Of a DNA stretch of 64,000 bases, positions 49,370-62,459 are shown piece after piece. Positions within the stretch are counted from its first letter, which is position 1, and every line of letters starts with the position of its first letter. Under the pieces are notes generated by a model that worked only from the letters and a program-made list of their open reading frames with translations, did no database searches and was not told the DNA's origin. Source of the stretch: Mustelus asterias (lineage: Eukaryota); contig NC_135827.1 in assembly GCF_964213995.1 (NCBI RefSeq), forward strand, positions 3,906,001-3,970,000, given 5' to 3'. The position numbers were made by a program, and so were the translations under genes.

Positions 49370-50240
49370 TTTAAGTGTGGTGCAGTTCAAAACAGAGCAG
49401 TGGAGTATTTTATTATGAAGTGGTTTACTAATGTTCTACAGTATTTTAGTATAACATAGGTTATTGTGCTGTGGTATAGCATGTTAGATTTTTGTCATGG
49501 TATAGCATTTTATTGTGGTTCATTTTATTGCAATATGTATAATATTTCATTCAGGTTTAATCCAATACAGGGTGGTGCAGTATTTTATTTTTCAGTTTAT
49601 TGCCACATGGTACAGTATTTTAGTGGTTCAGTCTATTACTTTATGGTACAGTATTTTAGTGTGATTAAGTATATTAAAATACCACAACATAGTGAGGTTC
49701 GGGTTATTACAGTTTTAGAATACCTTAGTGCTGTTCAGCTTATTATAGTGTGGTGCAGTATTTTGTTTGTTTATTACAGAGTGGTTCAGTTTATTACAGT
49801 GTAGTACAGTATTTCATTGTGGTTCAGTTTATTACAATGTAGTGCAGCACCTTGTGGTTAAGTTTATTACAGTGTGACTCAGTATCTCACTTTCAGTTTA
49901 TTACAGTGCAGTATATAATATCTTGGTGTGGTTCAGTTTATTACAGTGTGGGACAGTATCTTGGTGTGGTTCAATCTATTGCAGTGTGACATGGTATCTC
50001 ACTTTCAGTTTATTACAGTGTGGTGTATTTTATTTTAATTGTTTATTTTTGTGGTGCAGTATTGTAATGTGGTGGCCTATATTGCATTGAGCTTGTGTAT
50101 AATTGTGCATTTCAGTTCATTAGTACGCAATACTGTATTTTATTTTAGTTTATTGAATTATTCCAATATTTCATTGTGGGCAAATTGATTACAGTGTGGT
50201 ATTCTATTTTAATGTGATTTAATTTTATTGCTTTGTGGTT
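49370..50240. repeat. 38-bp dimeric minisatellite, main block; further blocks at about 46720-46850, 47710-47790, 52290-52640, 55393-55860 and 56010-56330
   Basis: Unit approximately gtggttcagtttattacagtgtggtacagtattttagt. Confidence 0.85.
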
Positions 50241-50244
50241 GAAT

Positions 50245-52290
50245 ATTGAACACTTCACATCCATCTTCACCCAAGAGAATGAGGACGATGGTATGGAATT
50301 CAGGGAGGGAGACTGTGAGGTTCTTGAGCAAATTGACATAGGGAAGGACAAGGTACTGGAGGTGTTGGCAACCTTAAAAGTGGATAAACCTCCAGGTCCA
50401 GATGGATTGTGCCCCAGGCTGCAGTGGAAGGCAAGGAAGGAGATTGCTGGGGCTCTGACCCAAATTTTCAATTCCTCTCTGGCCATGGGGGAGGTGCCAG
50501 ACAACTGGAGAATAGCCAATGTGGTTCAGCTGTTTAAGAAGAGTTGTAGAGATAAACCAGGGAACTACAGGCTAGTGAGTCTCATGTCAGTGGCAGGGAA
50601 ACTATGAAAGAAACTTCTGAAGGAGAGCATCTATCTCCACTTAGAGAGGCAAAGCTTGACCGGGGATGGTCAGTGTGGCTTTGTCAGAGGGAAATCATGC
50701 CTAACAAATTTGATTGAATTTTTTGAGGAGGTGAACAGGTGTGTAGAAATCATAGAAATCATAGAAACCCTCCAGTGCAGAAGGAGGCCATTCGGCCCAT
50801 CAAGTCTGCACCGACCACAATCCCACCCAGACCCTACCCCCACATATTTACCCGCTAATCTCTCTAACCTACACATCCCAGGACTCTAAGGGGCAATTTT
50901 TAACCTGGCCAATCAACCTAACCCGCACATCTTTGGACTGTGGGAGGAAACCGGAGCACCCGGAGGAAACCCACGCAGACACGAGGAGAATGTGCAAACT
51001 CCACACAGACAGTGACCCGAGCTGGGAATCGAACCTGGGACCCTGGAGCTGTGAAGCAGCAGTGCTAACCACTGTGCTACCGTGCCGCCCCGAGGGTTGT
51101 GCAGTTGATGTAGTTTATATGGATTTCAGCAAAGTCTTTGACAAGGTCCGACATGGGAGACTTGTAAAGAAGATAAATTCACATGAGATACAGGGCAATT
51201 TGATAAAGTGGGTTCAAAATTGGCTCAGTTGTAGGAGACAGAGGGTGATGACAGAGGTTGCTTTAGTGACTGGAAGCCAGTGTCCAGTGGCGTACCACTG
51301 AGATCTGTGTTGGGGCCCCTATTATTCGTTGTTTATATAAATGACATTGATGACTATGTGGGGAGTAGGATTAGTAACTTTGCAGATGACACAAAGATTG
51401 GATGGGTGGTTAACAGTGAGGTGGAGTGTCTTGGCTGCAAGAAGATATAGACAGAATGGTCAAATGGTGGATAAGTGACATGGCATTTAACGCTGAAAAG
51501 TGTGAGGTGATACATTTTGGAAGAGTAATTTGACAAAGAAGTATTCAATAAATGGTAGGACACAAGGAAGTTCTGTGGAAAAAAGGGACCTTAACTTTTT
51601 TGCCTACAGATCTCTGAAAGCGAAAGGGCATGCTAGCAGGGTAGTGAAAAAGGCATATAGGACACTTGCCTTTATCAATCAAGGCATAGATTACAAAAGC
51701 AGGGAAGTTATGTTGGAATTGTATAGAACTTTGGTGAAGCCACTGCTAAGCGTACTGTGTGCAGTTCTGGTCACCACATTATCGGAAGGATGGGATTGCA
51801 CTGGAGAGGGTGCAAAGGAGATTCACTAGGATGCTGCCTGGGATGAAACATTTAAGTTATGAAGAGAGGTTGTGTAGGCTTGGGTTATTTTCATTGGAGC
51901 AGAGAAGACTGAGAGACTGATCGAGGTGTTCAAGATTATGAGAGACATTGCCAGAGTGGATAAGGAGTAGCTGTTCCCCTTAGTTGAAGGATCAGTCATG
52001 AGGGGACATAGGTTCAAGGTGAGGGGCAGGAGGTTTAGGGGGGATGTGAGGAAAAATGTTTTTACCCAGAGGGTGGTGATGGTCTGGAATGCGCTGCCTT
52101 GGAGGATGGTGGAGGTGGGTTGCCTCGCATCATTTAAAAAGTATCTGGATGAGCACTTGGCACATCATAACATTCAGGGCTATGGGCCAAGTGCTGGCAG
52201 ATAGATTGGGTGGGAGTTCAGGTGTTTCTAATGTGTCAGTGTGGACTCGATGGGCCGAAAGGCCTCTTCTGGGCTGTATGATTCTATGAT
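50245..52290 (+). mobile_element. CR1 LINE, ~1.7-kb 3' part of ORF2 (decayed)
   Basis: GPDGL..WRIANVVQLFKK..PGNYRLVSL; SCLTNLIEFFEEV; VVYMDFSKVFDKV; FADD. Ends in attctatgatt. Confidence 0.94.
50744..51091 (-). mobile_element. Young full-length V-SINE nested in CR1
   Basis: CpG-rich head retained and (tagaaatca)n tail. Interrupts the CR1 RT coding sequence. Confidence 0.93.
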
Positions 52291-52931
52291 TTTGCTATCC
52301 TTCAATTTATTACAGTGAAACAATATTTAATTCTGTATTTTTTGTGTGGTTCCATTTATTATAGTGATGGAGTTTGCTCAGTTTATTTCAGCATGAGACA
52401 GTATTTTGTTTTTGAGTTTATAATTGTGCAGTTTTCTCTTCAGTTTATTACAATGTAGTGCCGTATTTGTGGCTCAGTTTATTATAGTGTGATAAAATAT
52501 TTCAGTGTGGGGCAGTTTATTACATTGTGATCCATTAATTTATTGTGTGGCACTTTATTACAGTGTAACATGGTATTTTATTATGACTCAGTGTCCTCCA
52601 TGGAGTGTCTCAATTTATTAGGATGGGATATAGTATTTTAATCTTGGGCAATTACACACATATATAAACATATGTACAATGACTGACAGGATAAACTCTC
52701 TGATCCATCCAGATTGTGCCATTTAATTTGATAATTTGAGTTAAAATACATAACCTCCGTCACTGATCCAGAAGCATACTGGAAAATAGATAATATTTAG
52801 GGAAAATAATTGGGAAATTCTTTGTCGACCTCTAGACAATGGAAACAAGTGCAGGAGATCACGCTGGCTCTGATTAATGTCATGCCATACCTAACATTTT
52901 GTAAGGGCAAATCTCTGCCTTAGCTAGAAAC

Positions 52932-53473
52932 AGGCCCAGACTTTTGCTCCAGACGCGAACAGGTCTCATACTAAAAGCTTTTTTCCCAGCCCTGTTTTGC
53001 CAGTGCAATTGACCTCACGCCCAAAAAGGCCATGAAGCCCATTTAAATATTAATGACATGTTTCCGCAGAAGGTCCTGAGGTCACAGGTGAGTGAAAGTG
53101 GGAAGGGGGTTGTGGGGTGAGGGGGCCACAGGAGAGTGGGGAAGTATTGTCAGAGACAAGGGAAGGTGGGTGACTTTCAGCTGATACCTTGCTGCCCAGT
53201 GATGGCTCCCCTGACCAGAGACAACAGTCTGTCCCTCTCATTCGCTGGTAGACCATTCAGGCTTTCCTGGGTGGCCTTCTGATGGTGCAGGAGACCCATG
53301 TGGCCTCCATTTAATCCCTGAGCCACCACTGAATTTTGTCAGACCCTATCACCCTCCGATTTAATCGGGGGAGGTTTTCCTGTCACTGGGAGACTGATGC
53401 AGGTCCTTTTCTACTATTAAGTAGACCTGGCTGCCATGGTTTCCAGCATGACAGGCTGCATTAAATCCAGCCC
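52932..53473. mobile_element. Degenerate GC-rich TIR-like element; similar blocks at about 9518-10410, 14186-14750, 17858-18170, 43140-44000 and 56706-57400
   Basis: ggcccagactttt...ttaaatccagccc ends and a GC-rich interior. Family not assignable by eye. Confidence 0.4.
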
Positions 53474-54339
53474 AGTATTCTAACTGAGGCTGAACTGAGA
53501 TCTTGTACATGGGCAGAACCTTATGGTTAGTTTTAATCGATTGTCTTGTAAATATGTAGCAGTACCCTATTTGTCTTAGCTATAGCACAGTATTGATACT
53601 GATGCACTAGAACAATCGGGCCTCTTTTTCTCCATTTGCTTTTGGACCTTTCCCTGAAGAGAATGATCAGCTACCCGCATTCACAACACTGCACTTTTTC
53701 AATGCTATTTGCCAGTCATGACCTCAGTCCTCCAATGTGTTAAGATCTGTTTAAAGCAGTTAAGCATTGTCTTAACATCCACACAAATCTTTGTATCATT
53801 TGCAAACATCATCAACATTAAATCATTAATCAAAACAGCAAAGAGCAATGGCTTCTGTAGGACAGGAGCTTGGTTCCAAACAAATCCAAATCCGTCTACA
53901 GAATTTCTGCTTCTGGGTTTTCAACCAGCTTTCAATATGCAGTAGCTTGCTACTAATACCAAAATCTTTGCTCTCATTTGGAACCTTACCTGAAAGCTAC
54001 AGTCAGATATGTATGGCAGAACCTCCATTTATTGAAGTCATATTGGCATCAATAATTTGTCCTTTTCTACCTAAATAGTCACATTTTGCATCCCTAGAGA
54101 TTCCCTATTACTGACATCAAGCTAATTGGCCTATAGTTAGCCAGACCCATCTTATCACCTTTTATAATGATTGAGACATTACCCACCTTCAAATCGAAGA
54201 GAACTGTCCCAGACTCCAATGAACTGTTAAAGATACAGGCAAGTGGGGTTGTGGGGGGTGCCTACAGCAGGAATGGCAGATGCTCGAGTGACTATCATTT
54301 GAACCAGCTGCCCTATCTACATTAAGGTTCCTAATGATG

Positions 54340-55392
54340 GTCACAGAAGACAGAGGGTGGTAGTGGAAGGGTCTTTTTCCGGCTGGATGCCTGTGACTAG
54401 TGGTGTTCCGCAGGGCTCTGTATTGGGACCTCTGCTGATTGTGATTTATAGAAACGATCTGGAAGAAGGTGTAACTGGGGTGATCAGTAAGTTTGCGGAC
54501 GACACGAAAATGGCTGGACTTGCAGATAGTGAGAAACATTTCAGAGGCTACAGAAGGATATAGATAGGTTGGAAATTTGGGCAAAGAAATGGCAGATGGA
54601 GTTCAATCTGGATAAGTGTGAAGTGACGCATTTTGGTAGAACTAACGTAGGGGGGAGCTATACGATAAATGGCAGAACCATAAAGGGTGTAGATACGCAG
54701 AGGGACCTGGGTGTGCAAGTCCACTGATCCTTGAAGGTGACGACACAGGTGGAGAAGGTAGTGAATAAGGCATATGGCATGCTTGCCTTTATAGGACGGG
54801 GCATAGTGTATAAAAGTTGGGGTCTGATGTTGCAGTTGTATAGAACGTTGGTTTGGCCGCATTTGGAATACTGCGCCCAGTTCTGGTCGCCACACTACCA
54901 GAAGGACGTGGAGGCTTTGGAGAGAGTGCAGAGGAGGTTTACCAGGATGTTGCCTGGTATGGAAGAGCTTAGTTATGAGGAGAGATTGGGTAAACTGGGG
55001 TTGTTCTCACTGGAAAGACGAAGGATGAGGGGTGGCCTAATACAGGTGTATAAAATTATGAAAGGCATAGATAGGGTGAACGGTGGGAAGCTTTTTCCCA
55101 GGTCGGTGGTGACGTTCACGAGGGGTCATAGGTTCAAGGTGAGGGGGGGAGGTTTAACACGGATATCAGAAGGACGTATTTTACTCAGAGGGTGGTGGGG
55201 GCCTGGAATGCGCTGCCGGGCAAGGTGGTGGAGGCGGACACACTGGGAACGTTTAAGACTTATCTAGATAGCCACATGAACGGAATGGGAATGGAGGGAT
55301 ACAAAAGAATGGTCTAGTTTGGACCAGGGAGCGGCGTGGGCTTGGAGGGCCGAAGGGCCTGTTCCTGTGCTGTATTGTTCGTTGTTCTTTGT
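54340..55392 (+). mobile_element. CR1 LINE 3' fragment (relatively young)
   Basis: [22 protein letters not shown], the 178-aa ORF 54731-55267, and tail ttgttcgttgttctttg. Confidence 0.94.
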
Positions 55393-55867
55393 AATTATAC
55401 TACAGCATGGTACAATATTTTCAAGTGGTTCAGTTTATTACAGTGTGGTATAATATTTTAATTTGAAGATTATTATACAAAGATACACTATTTTAATGTG
55501 GTCCAGTTTATCATAGTGGAATACACTTTATTAATATGGGTCACTTTGTCATAATGTGCTACAATATTTTATTGTGGTTCAGTTTATTGCAGTGTGGTAT
55601 GGTATTTTAGTACACAGTCATTTATCACACTAATTTGCAGGACTTCAGTTTACTGTAATGTGCGGTACCGTAGTTAAGTGTGGCTCAGTTTATCATAGTG
55701 TGGCACAGTATTTTAGTGTGATGCTGTTTATTGTAACAGTGTGGTCCTGCATTTTATCATAGCGCTCAGTTTATCATGAGGCATTGCATTTTACTGTGGT
55801 TTAGATTTTCCAGTATGCTTCATTGTTATTCAGTTTTTTCCAGTGTAGTATTATATTCTGGGACAAT

Positions 55868-56004
55868 GGCTGGAATTCTCCAGCTGTTCACGCCACTGCT
55901 ACCGCTGCCAGCAAGAGTGGAGAATTTGGTGCTCAACCAAATCTCCATTTACTGCAGCGGAACCGGAGAATCCCAGCCTCGGGCAAGGTCGGAGAATTCC
56001 GGCC
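55868..56004. mobile_element. 137-bp MITE
   Basis: TIRs ggctggaattctcca and cggagaattccggcc (13/15). Inserted in the minisatellite array. Confidence 0.75.
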
Positions 56005-57412
56005 GGCCTATGTTTTAGCATAGCACAGTTTATCACAATGCAATACAATCTCTTAATGTGGTGCACTTTATTACAATGGCTAATTAATTTTCTTTTTCTA
56101 TTAATTCTGCTGCAGTTTATATAGTGCATTAATTTAATGTGTTTCAGTTTATCACAATGTGGTGTGTTGTTTAGTGTGAGGCAGCTTATCATGGTGTAGT
56201 GTAGTGCAGTTTATGTTTTAGTTGATTATAGTGTGGTATTTCCTTTTAGCATTCTTCAGTTTTCCACAATGTGGTACAGTAGTTTGGTATGTTTTAGTTT
56301 GTTACAGTATGGTACTGGATTTCCCTGTGTCTTTTACCATTTGATCCCAAAATTAAATTAAATTGTTGATGGTGTGCATAGAATATTAACAAATGTAAGT
56401 TTTTTATTACACTGGATAATCAGAATTGAGCAAGAGTCTTGAGAAAGTTATTCTATGGTAATACTTATCAGCTAGATCAGACAACTGCATATCATTCCAA
56501 GGTATCATTGTTGTTAATACATGCCATCATGTCATTGTTAATTGATACACTGCAAGATTGTAGATCTTCTGGCCTTCTAAATCTTCATCTCAGAAACAGA
56601 TTTTCAAAAGATTCATGGCTAATGCATGTTCTCATAGCTATACTTTGTCAATGTTACATCTCATTGTTCTGAGGGTGCAGCTGAAGGTGGTGTTAATAGG
56701 AGATGATGGGAGAGATTTTCTGCCCTCACTTTCGATGGGTGAGAATGGCAGCGGGGGCGGAGAATTCAACAGGAGTCCCCAAACAACTTTTACACCAATG
56801 GGATTTCCCATTCCGATTGTCTCCGCCAATAACGTAATGGGGTTCCTGCCACAAAAAGTTGAGAAGCCCGTTACCATACATTTTAATATCATTAAAATAT
56901 AGAAAAAAATAGAGCAGACTTCGCTGCTCTATTATTCCTTCACATTTGGATTCCGCCAACCTCCCCGACTCCACTGATGTGGCATCACTTGGCAGGGTTT
57001 ACAACAGCTTCTGACAAACGGGGAGCTGGCAGAGAGAGCCCACCAGAGGTGCACAGGTCAGTACAGCCCCCAGGAGGGAGAAGGTCATGACCAGGCAGTA
57101 CCCTGGGAACTGCCAGGCGGCAGTGCTGGGCAGGAGGGACTTCCAGTGGGAAGGTCCATGGGAGGGGAGGGCTGGGCTGTCTGCGTGGGTGGAAATTCCC
57201 TGGGGGGTGGGGGCATATGCATGGTGGGGAATTTCCTGGGAGATGCATATGAGTGGAAGAACATTTTTTTGGAGGGGATTAGAATGTCCTTTATAAGAGT
57301 CATCCTGATCTCTTGAAGGCTGATGTTGCAGGAGGGATGGGTTCATTCCGAGCGGGTCCCGCCAGTGTGACAATGTGGGACCCACTTCCAAGATTCTTTT
57401 TGACCAAATGTT

Positions 57413-57734
57413 GAAATCATAGAATCCCTACAGTGCAGAAGGAGGCCATTCGGCCCATCGAGTCTGCACCGACAACAATCCCACCCATGCCCTATCCCTG
57501 TAATCCCACCTATTTACCCCGCTAATCCCTCTAACCTACACATCCCGGGACACTAAGGGGCAATTTAGCATGGCCAATCTAGCTAACCTGCACATCTTTG
57601 GACTGTGGGAGGAAACCCACGCCGGCACGGGGAGAATGTGCAAACTCCACACAGACAGTCACCCAAGGCTGGGAATCGAACCCGGGTCCCTGGAGCTGTG
57701 AGACAGCACTACTAACCACTGTGCCACCATGCCA
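57413..57734 (-). mobile_element. V-SINE
   Basis: Head, V domain (with a deletion) and tail. Confidence 0.88.
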
Positions 57735-58377
57735 TATGGTGGGAAAAGCCAACAGGGAAGCCAGCGGCTACACACTGCTCTTCTCACCTGAGATGACACT
57801 TAGTCCAAAAAACATAAAATTCCACTCAATGTCCTACTTTCCAAATTCAACAGGATTTAAATGTGCAAACAGTGACTGAACATTGATGTCAGTACTGATG
57901 TGTTTTAGATACAATTCCCAAATCCATCACTTGCTGCATCAGTCAGCTCTCTGCTGAAAGCTGCCCTGCTGTGATGAGAATTCTCATCCTATTGCTGAGT
58001 CCACATGTCACACCTGTATTTCTTTCTTATGGTCAATGCAATGATTCATCAACAGCTGAATCAATGTCTTTAATAAGATTTGACACTCAGGATATTCGTA
58101 TGAACAGTTCTGTTTTGGCATGGCAGAAATTGTGAAGAGCAGATTACGGGAAGCAGAAGATAGCTCTGCAGTTTTGTCCCCAGCACACCTTTGGTATCAG
58201 CAGCGATAAAATAGCAGCTTATCTGTAATGCTCAATTTAGCACCCTTAGTGAAGTTACTGACTGAATCATCAGGAAAGTTTTAATTTCTCTATGCATCAT
58301 AGAATTAGAGTTTCATAGGTTTTGAGGGAATGAAATGTATGGTAGCTTTTTGTGTTATGTTTCTGACCTGCAAATAA

Positions 58378-58935
<558 letters not shown>

Positions 58936-59056
58936 CATTAACCTTTGTTCATTCTTGCTTGCCAGCCTAGGTGGATCTATATCTGATATTGGAACTCTAG
59001 GGATCCTGGAACTTCATATGGCCTTGGAATATTAATGAATGCAAGAACTATTACCA

Positions 59057-59423
59057 AACTGGATTTCTGACCATTCCTGAATTGTTAGCTAGCTCTGGGC
59101 CTTTTGTCACCTCTAAAGTCTCCAACTGTTAATCTGTTGTCTCAAAGTGAACATTGACCCGTTGTAAAACTTTTGAGCATCAGTGGATTTGTAACCATTT
59201 TGATCAGCAACCAATGATCTTCCACGAAGCAAGAGCAAACCTTGGACATTTGCACCAATTAAGGGCTTGTGGCCAGTTATTGACATTGGCCAGTCACAGG
59301 TGTTGTTCCTTTAATCAGTTAGCAACACTGGATTACTAACCAGTCCTACAATGTAACCACAGTCACAAATAACTGTAGATCAGCTGTGGGCATTTGACCA
59401 GTTGCAGGACTACTGGAACTGGA
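59057..59423 (+). promoter_or_regulatory. Cluster of miR-145-5p seed matches in the 3' UTR
   Basis: AACTGGA 59057-59063, ACTGGA 59327-59332, ACTGGAA 59412-59418, AACTGGA 59417-59423. The miR-145 seed is UCCAGUU and mammalian FLI1 is a known miR-145 target. Confidence 0.7.
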
Positions 59424-60325
59424 CTTTCTCCCAGCTTTCTATTTCACTGAAGATGCTTTCTTCCAGAAATGACCTCTGTTAAACAGAGACCCCTCCTCAG
59501 TGAAATGAACTGAAAGAAAGGGGCACATCTGTTGGGACTTCTGACCTGAAAAACTATGCTAACAAGTGAAGAATATTGCTACAAAGAGCTGTGTTTTGTC
59601 CTTAGGGAACACTAAAGATAATTTGATTACACAGGATACGCGAACGCTGTGCGTTTGTAAGAATTCAATATTGGATCAACCACGCATCCTCGTATAAAGC
59701 AAGTTACTGTATAAATTATGCAGAAAATGACAATTCCTTTAAGTTACAGTATTACACGAGTTGACCTCGGTCACAGATGCAGTTTTACTATCAAGTCCAT
59801 TTTGACAAAATATAGTCATTTTGTAGCCTGTAGATCTTCTATCTGTACATTTGGCTCTGCCTTTTTACTGAGTAAAGGGACACATAGGGTAGTAATTGTT
59901 GAGAAAACTTTATTCCTATAAAGTGTTACTAATGACGGAAGCACTGATACAGCTATTTTCTATAAGATGCAAATAGCTGGAAGCAATTTATTTCCTAGTT
60001 CTTAGAGCTTTTTGGACTTTTTTATGTAGCATTTTTAAATAATCACCAACACGATTTTCCCATTAAAATGGGACATCGCCTACTATATATGCAAATAGTT
60101 CTTGATGATGATTATGTAACTTTGCAATTAATCCCTTGCAGCATATTAAGTATTAAACCAAAACACTTATACAGGGGCTACTTCTGACATAAAACCAACT
60201 GCCATGAACTATTTCCTCAGACAGATGGTTCTGTTATTACATGCATGCATTTTTATGTGAAAGCAAACTGTGTACTATTGAAGAAATGGCATGTATAACA
60301 GTTTCTTACACTATGTAAAATGTTC

Positions 60326-60331
60326 AATAAA
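60326..60331 (+). terminator. Putative polyadenylation signal AATAAA
   Basis: tgttcAATAAAcag about 1.39 kb after the stop, preceded by TGTA motifs. Confidence 0.6.
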
Positions 60332-61299
60332 CAGTGGCAATAGGGAGTGCCTTAACAAATCCCACTCATGTACAGCAGCTTGTTACTGATGTAGCTTCTG
60401 AGAGAGAATCCAGTTTTCAATAGTTAAGTTTGAAGAGTTTAGGGCAGCTCATTTTCCTTTTCTTGTTGCTTTCCTTCTCTCTCAACTCATATTTTTCATT
60501 TTCAAACACTGTTCCCGTTACTAAAACTGATGTTGATTGGATAAGCAGCTTCATGAAGATAGACAGAGCTGCCTTTGCCATTCAAAGGGTGCAAGACTTT
60601 CATTTTGAAAGTTGTATATCTGAGCTACCACCTTGCACCAAAAAGTGGGTAAGTTGAATGAATTGTGTGTGCGAGAAAAGACAATGTGTATAAAGCTGTT
60701 ACTCTGCTATTTTCACAAACAGATTAATAAGTGTTAAAAGTAACACAGATTGCAATTTATGTGAATGCATTAGCAGCTGTTATAAAACTAATTTGGTGCT
60801 AGAATCACAACAAGAACGTGCATTTAATGTAATAAAATGTCCCCAGGCACTTAACAGGAGCTTAGTGATATTATTAAAAATTGAGACTGAGCCAAAGATG
60901 GAAACATTAGGGCAGCTGGCCAGCAGCTTGGTTACAAAGGTAAGAATTACAAAGACATGTGAAGGTGGAAAGAGAAGAGGAGAGCGATTTAGAGTCTATA
61001 TAGCTGAAGGCACATTGTTGAATAACGACAATATGACTAGGTTTGGAAGAAGGCAGAGTTCTTGGAAGACTGTAGGGCTGGAGAAGGTACGGGGCACGGA
61101 AGGATTTTAAATATATTATTTCCATTTGTCTTACCCTGTTTGTATCTGTCTTTGTCTTTTCCTTTTCATAGTCTAATGGACTTGAGGAGCTATCTCAGCA
61201 CTCATTGCAGCAGCGAATACACTCTATTAAAACTACAAGATCCACGGTTATAAGAGAAAGGTGTATTGCTTCTTAGATAGCCCTCTCTTGATTGGAGTC

Positions 61300-61965
61300 T
61301 CTTGCTTTTATTCCCTCAATCTCCAACCAAATAAATTGTGAGAAATTCTTGAGCAGGGAAGTTATGGCGAAGTTTTATAAATTCGTTCAGCCTCAACAGC
61401 AATATTGGGCCCAATTTTGAGGAATAATGTAAAGGCATTAGCGAGGGCGCAGAATAGTTCTGAAGCATTTCAGTTAGATGGATAGATTTGAGAAGTTGGT
61501 GTTTTCCTTGAAGGAGAAAGTTTTGATGGAAGTGTTCGAAATCATGAGAAGAGAAACTTTTAAAGTTTATTTATTAGTGTCACAAGTAGGCTTACATTAA
61601 CACTGCAATGAAGCCATTGTGAAAATCTAGTTGTCACACTCCAGCACCTGTTCGGGTACACTGAGGCAGAATTTAGCACTGGTGAAAGGCTGAGAACTAG
61701 AAAACTATTATTTAAGGTGATTGGCAAAAGAACCAACAGAGACATGAAGAAAATCTATCTTAAGCAGCGACTGGTTAGAATTTGGAATGCACTGTGGTGG
61801 AGGCAGATTCAACCATGGCTTTCAAAAGGGAATTAGATAAGCACCTGAAGAGAATAAAATTGCAGGATAATTGGAAAGGACCGGGGATTGGGGTTATCTG
61901 AGTTGCTTTTACAGAGAACCAGCACTTATACAATCAGCTGAATAGCCGCCTCCTGTGCTGTAATG
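61300..61965 (+). mobile_element. Old CR1 3' fragment
   Basis: Degenerate ggttagaatttggaatgcactg..ttcaaaagggaattagataag..cctcctgtgctgtaa. Confidence 0.7.
61558..61680 (-). mobile_element. 3' fragment of the alternative-tail V-SINE, inserted in a CR1 fragment
   Basis: tttattagtgtcacaagtaggcttacattaacactgcaatgaag matches 23585-23626. Confidence 0.8.
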
Positions 61966-62130
61966 GCGTTGAAAGCAGTAGGCCATTTAATTGCTGTTTA
62001 CTTCAGCAGGACTGTAATATTCTGCTGGACAGGAGGGACTGGTATAGTGGACACACATGTGAGTTGACGTTCTTGGGTGCATATCATGATCGCAGAATCA
62101 TTGGAAATGAAAATAATGTGGATTTAGATT

Positions 62131-62459
62131 AGGGTGGCACAGTGGTTAGCGCTACTGCTTCACTGTGCCAGGGACCCAGGTTCAGTTCCGGCCTTGGGTG
62201 ACTGTGTGGAGTTTGCACGTTCTCCCCCTGTCTTTGTGGGTTTCCTCTGAGTGCTATGGTTTCCTTCCAAAGTCCAAAGATGTGCAGGTTATGTTGATTG
62301 GCTATGCTAAATTGACCCTAGTGTCAGGGAGATTAGCAGTATAAATACCAGGAGTTATGGGGATAGGGCCGGGATGGGATTGTTGTTGGTGCGGGATTGT
62401 TGTTGGTGCAGGCTCGATGGGCCGAATGGCCTCTTTCTGTACTGAAGGGATTCTATGAT
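62131..62459 (+). mobile_element. V-SINE
   Basis: gggtggcacagtggttagc head, V domain and attctatga tail, with an internal 17-bp tandem duplication. Confidence 0.88.

Larger units (their letters stand above)
58936..60350 (+). other. FLI1: FLI1 3' UTR (putative end)
   Basis: No recognisable transposon after the stop codon. First AATAAA I found is at 60326-60331. The cleavage position is inferred. Confidence 0.65.

Noticed and set aside
49370-56330. CRISPR-like array
   Set aside because: Eukaryotic intron; the units are degenerate tandem copies with no unique spacers and no cas genes.
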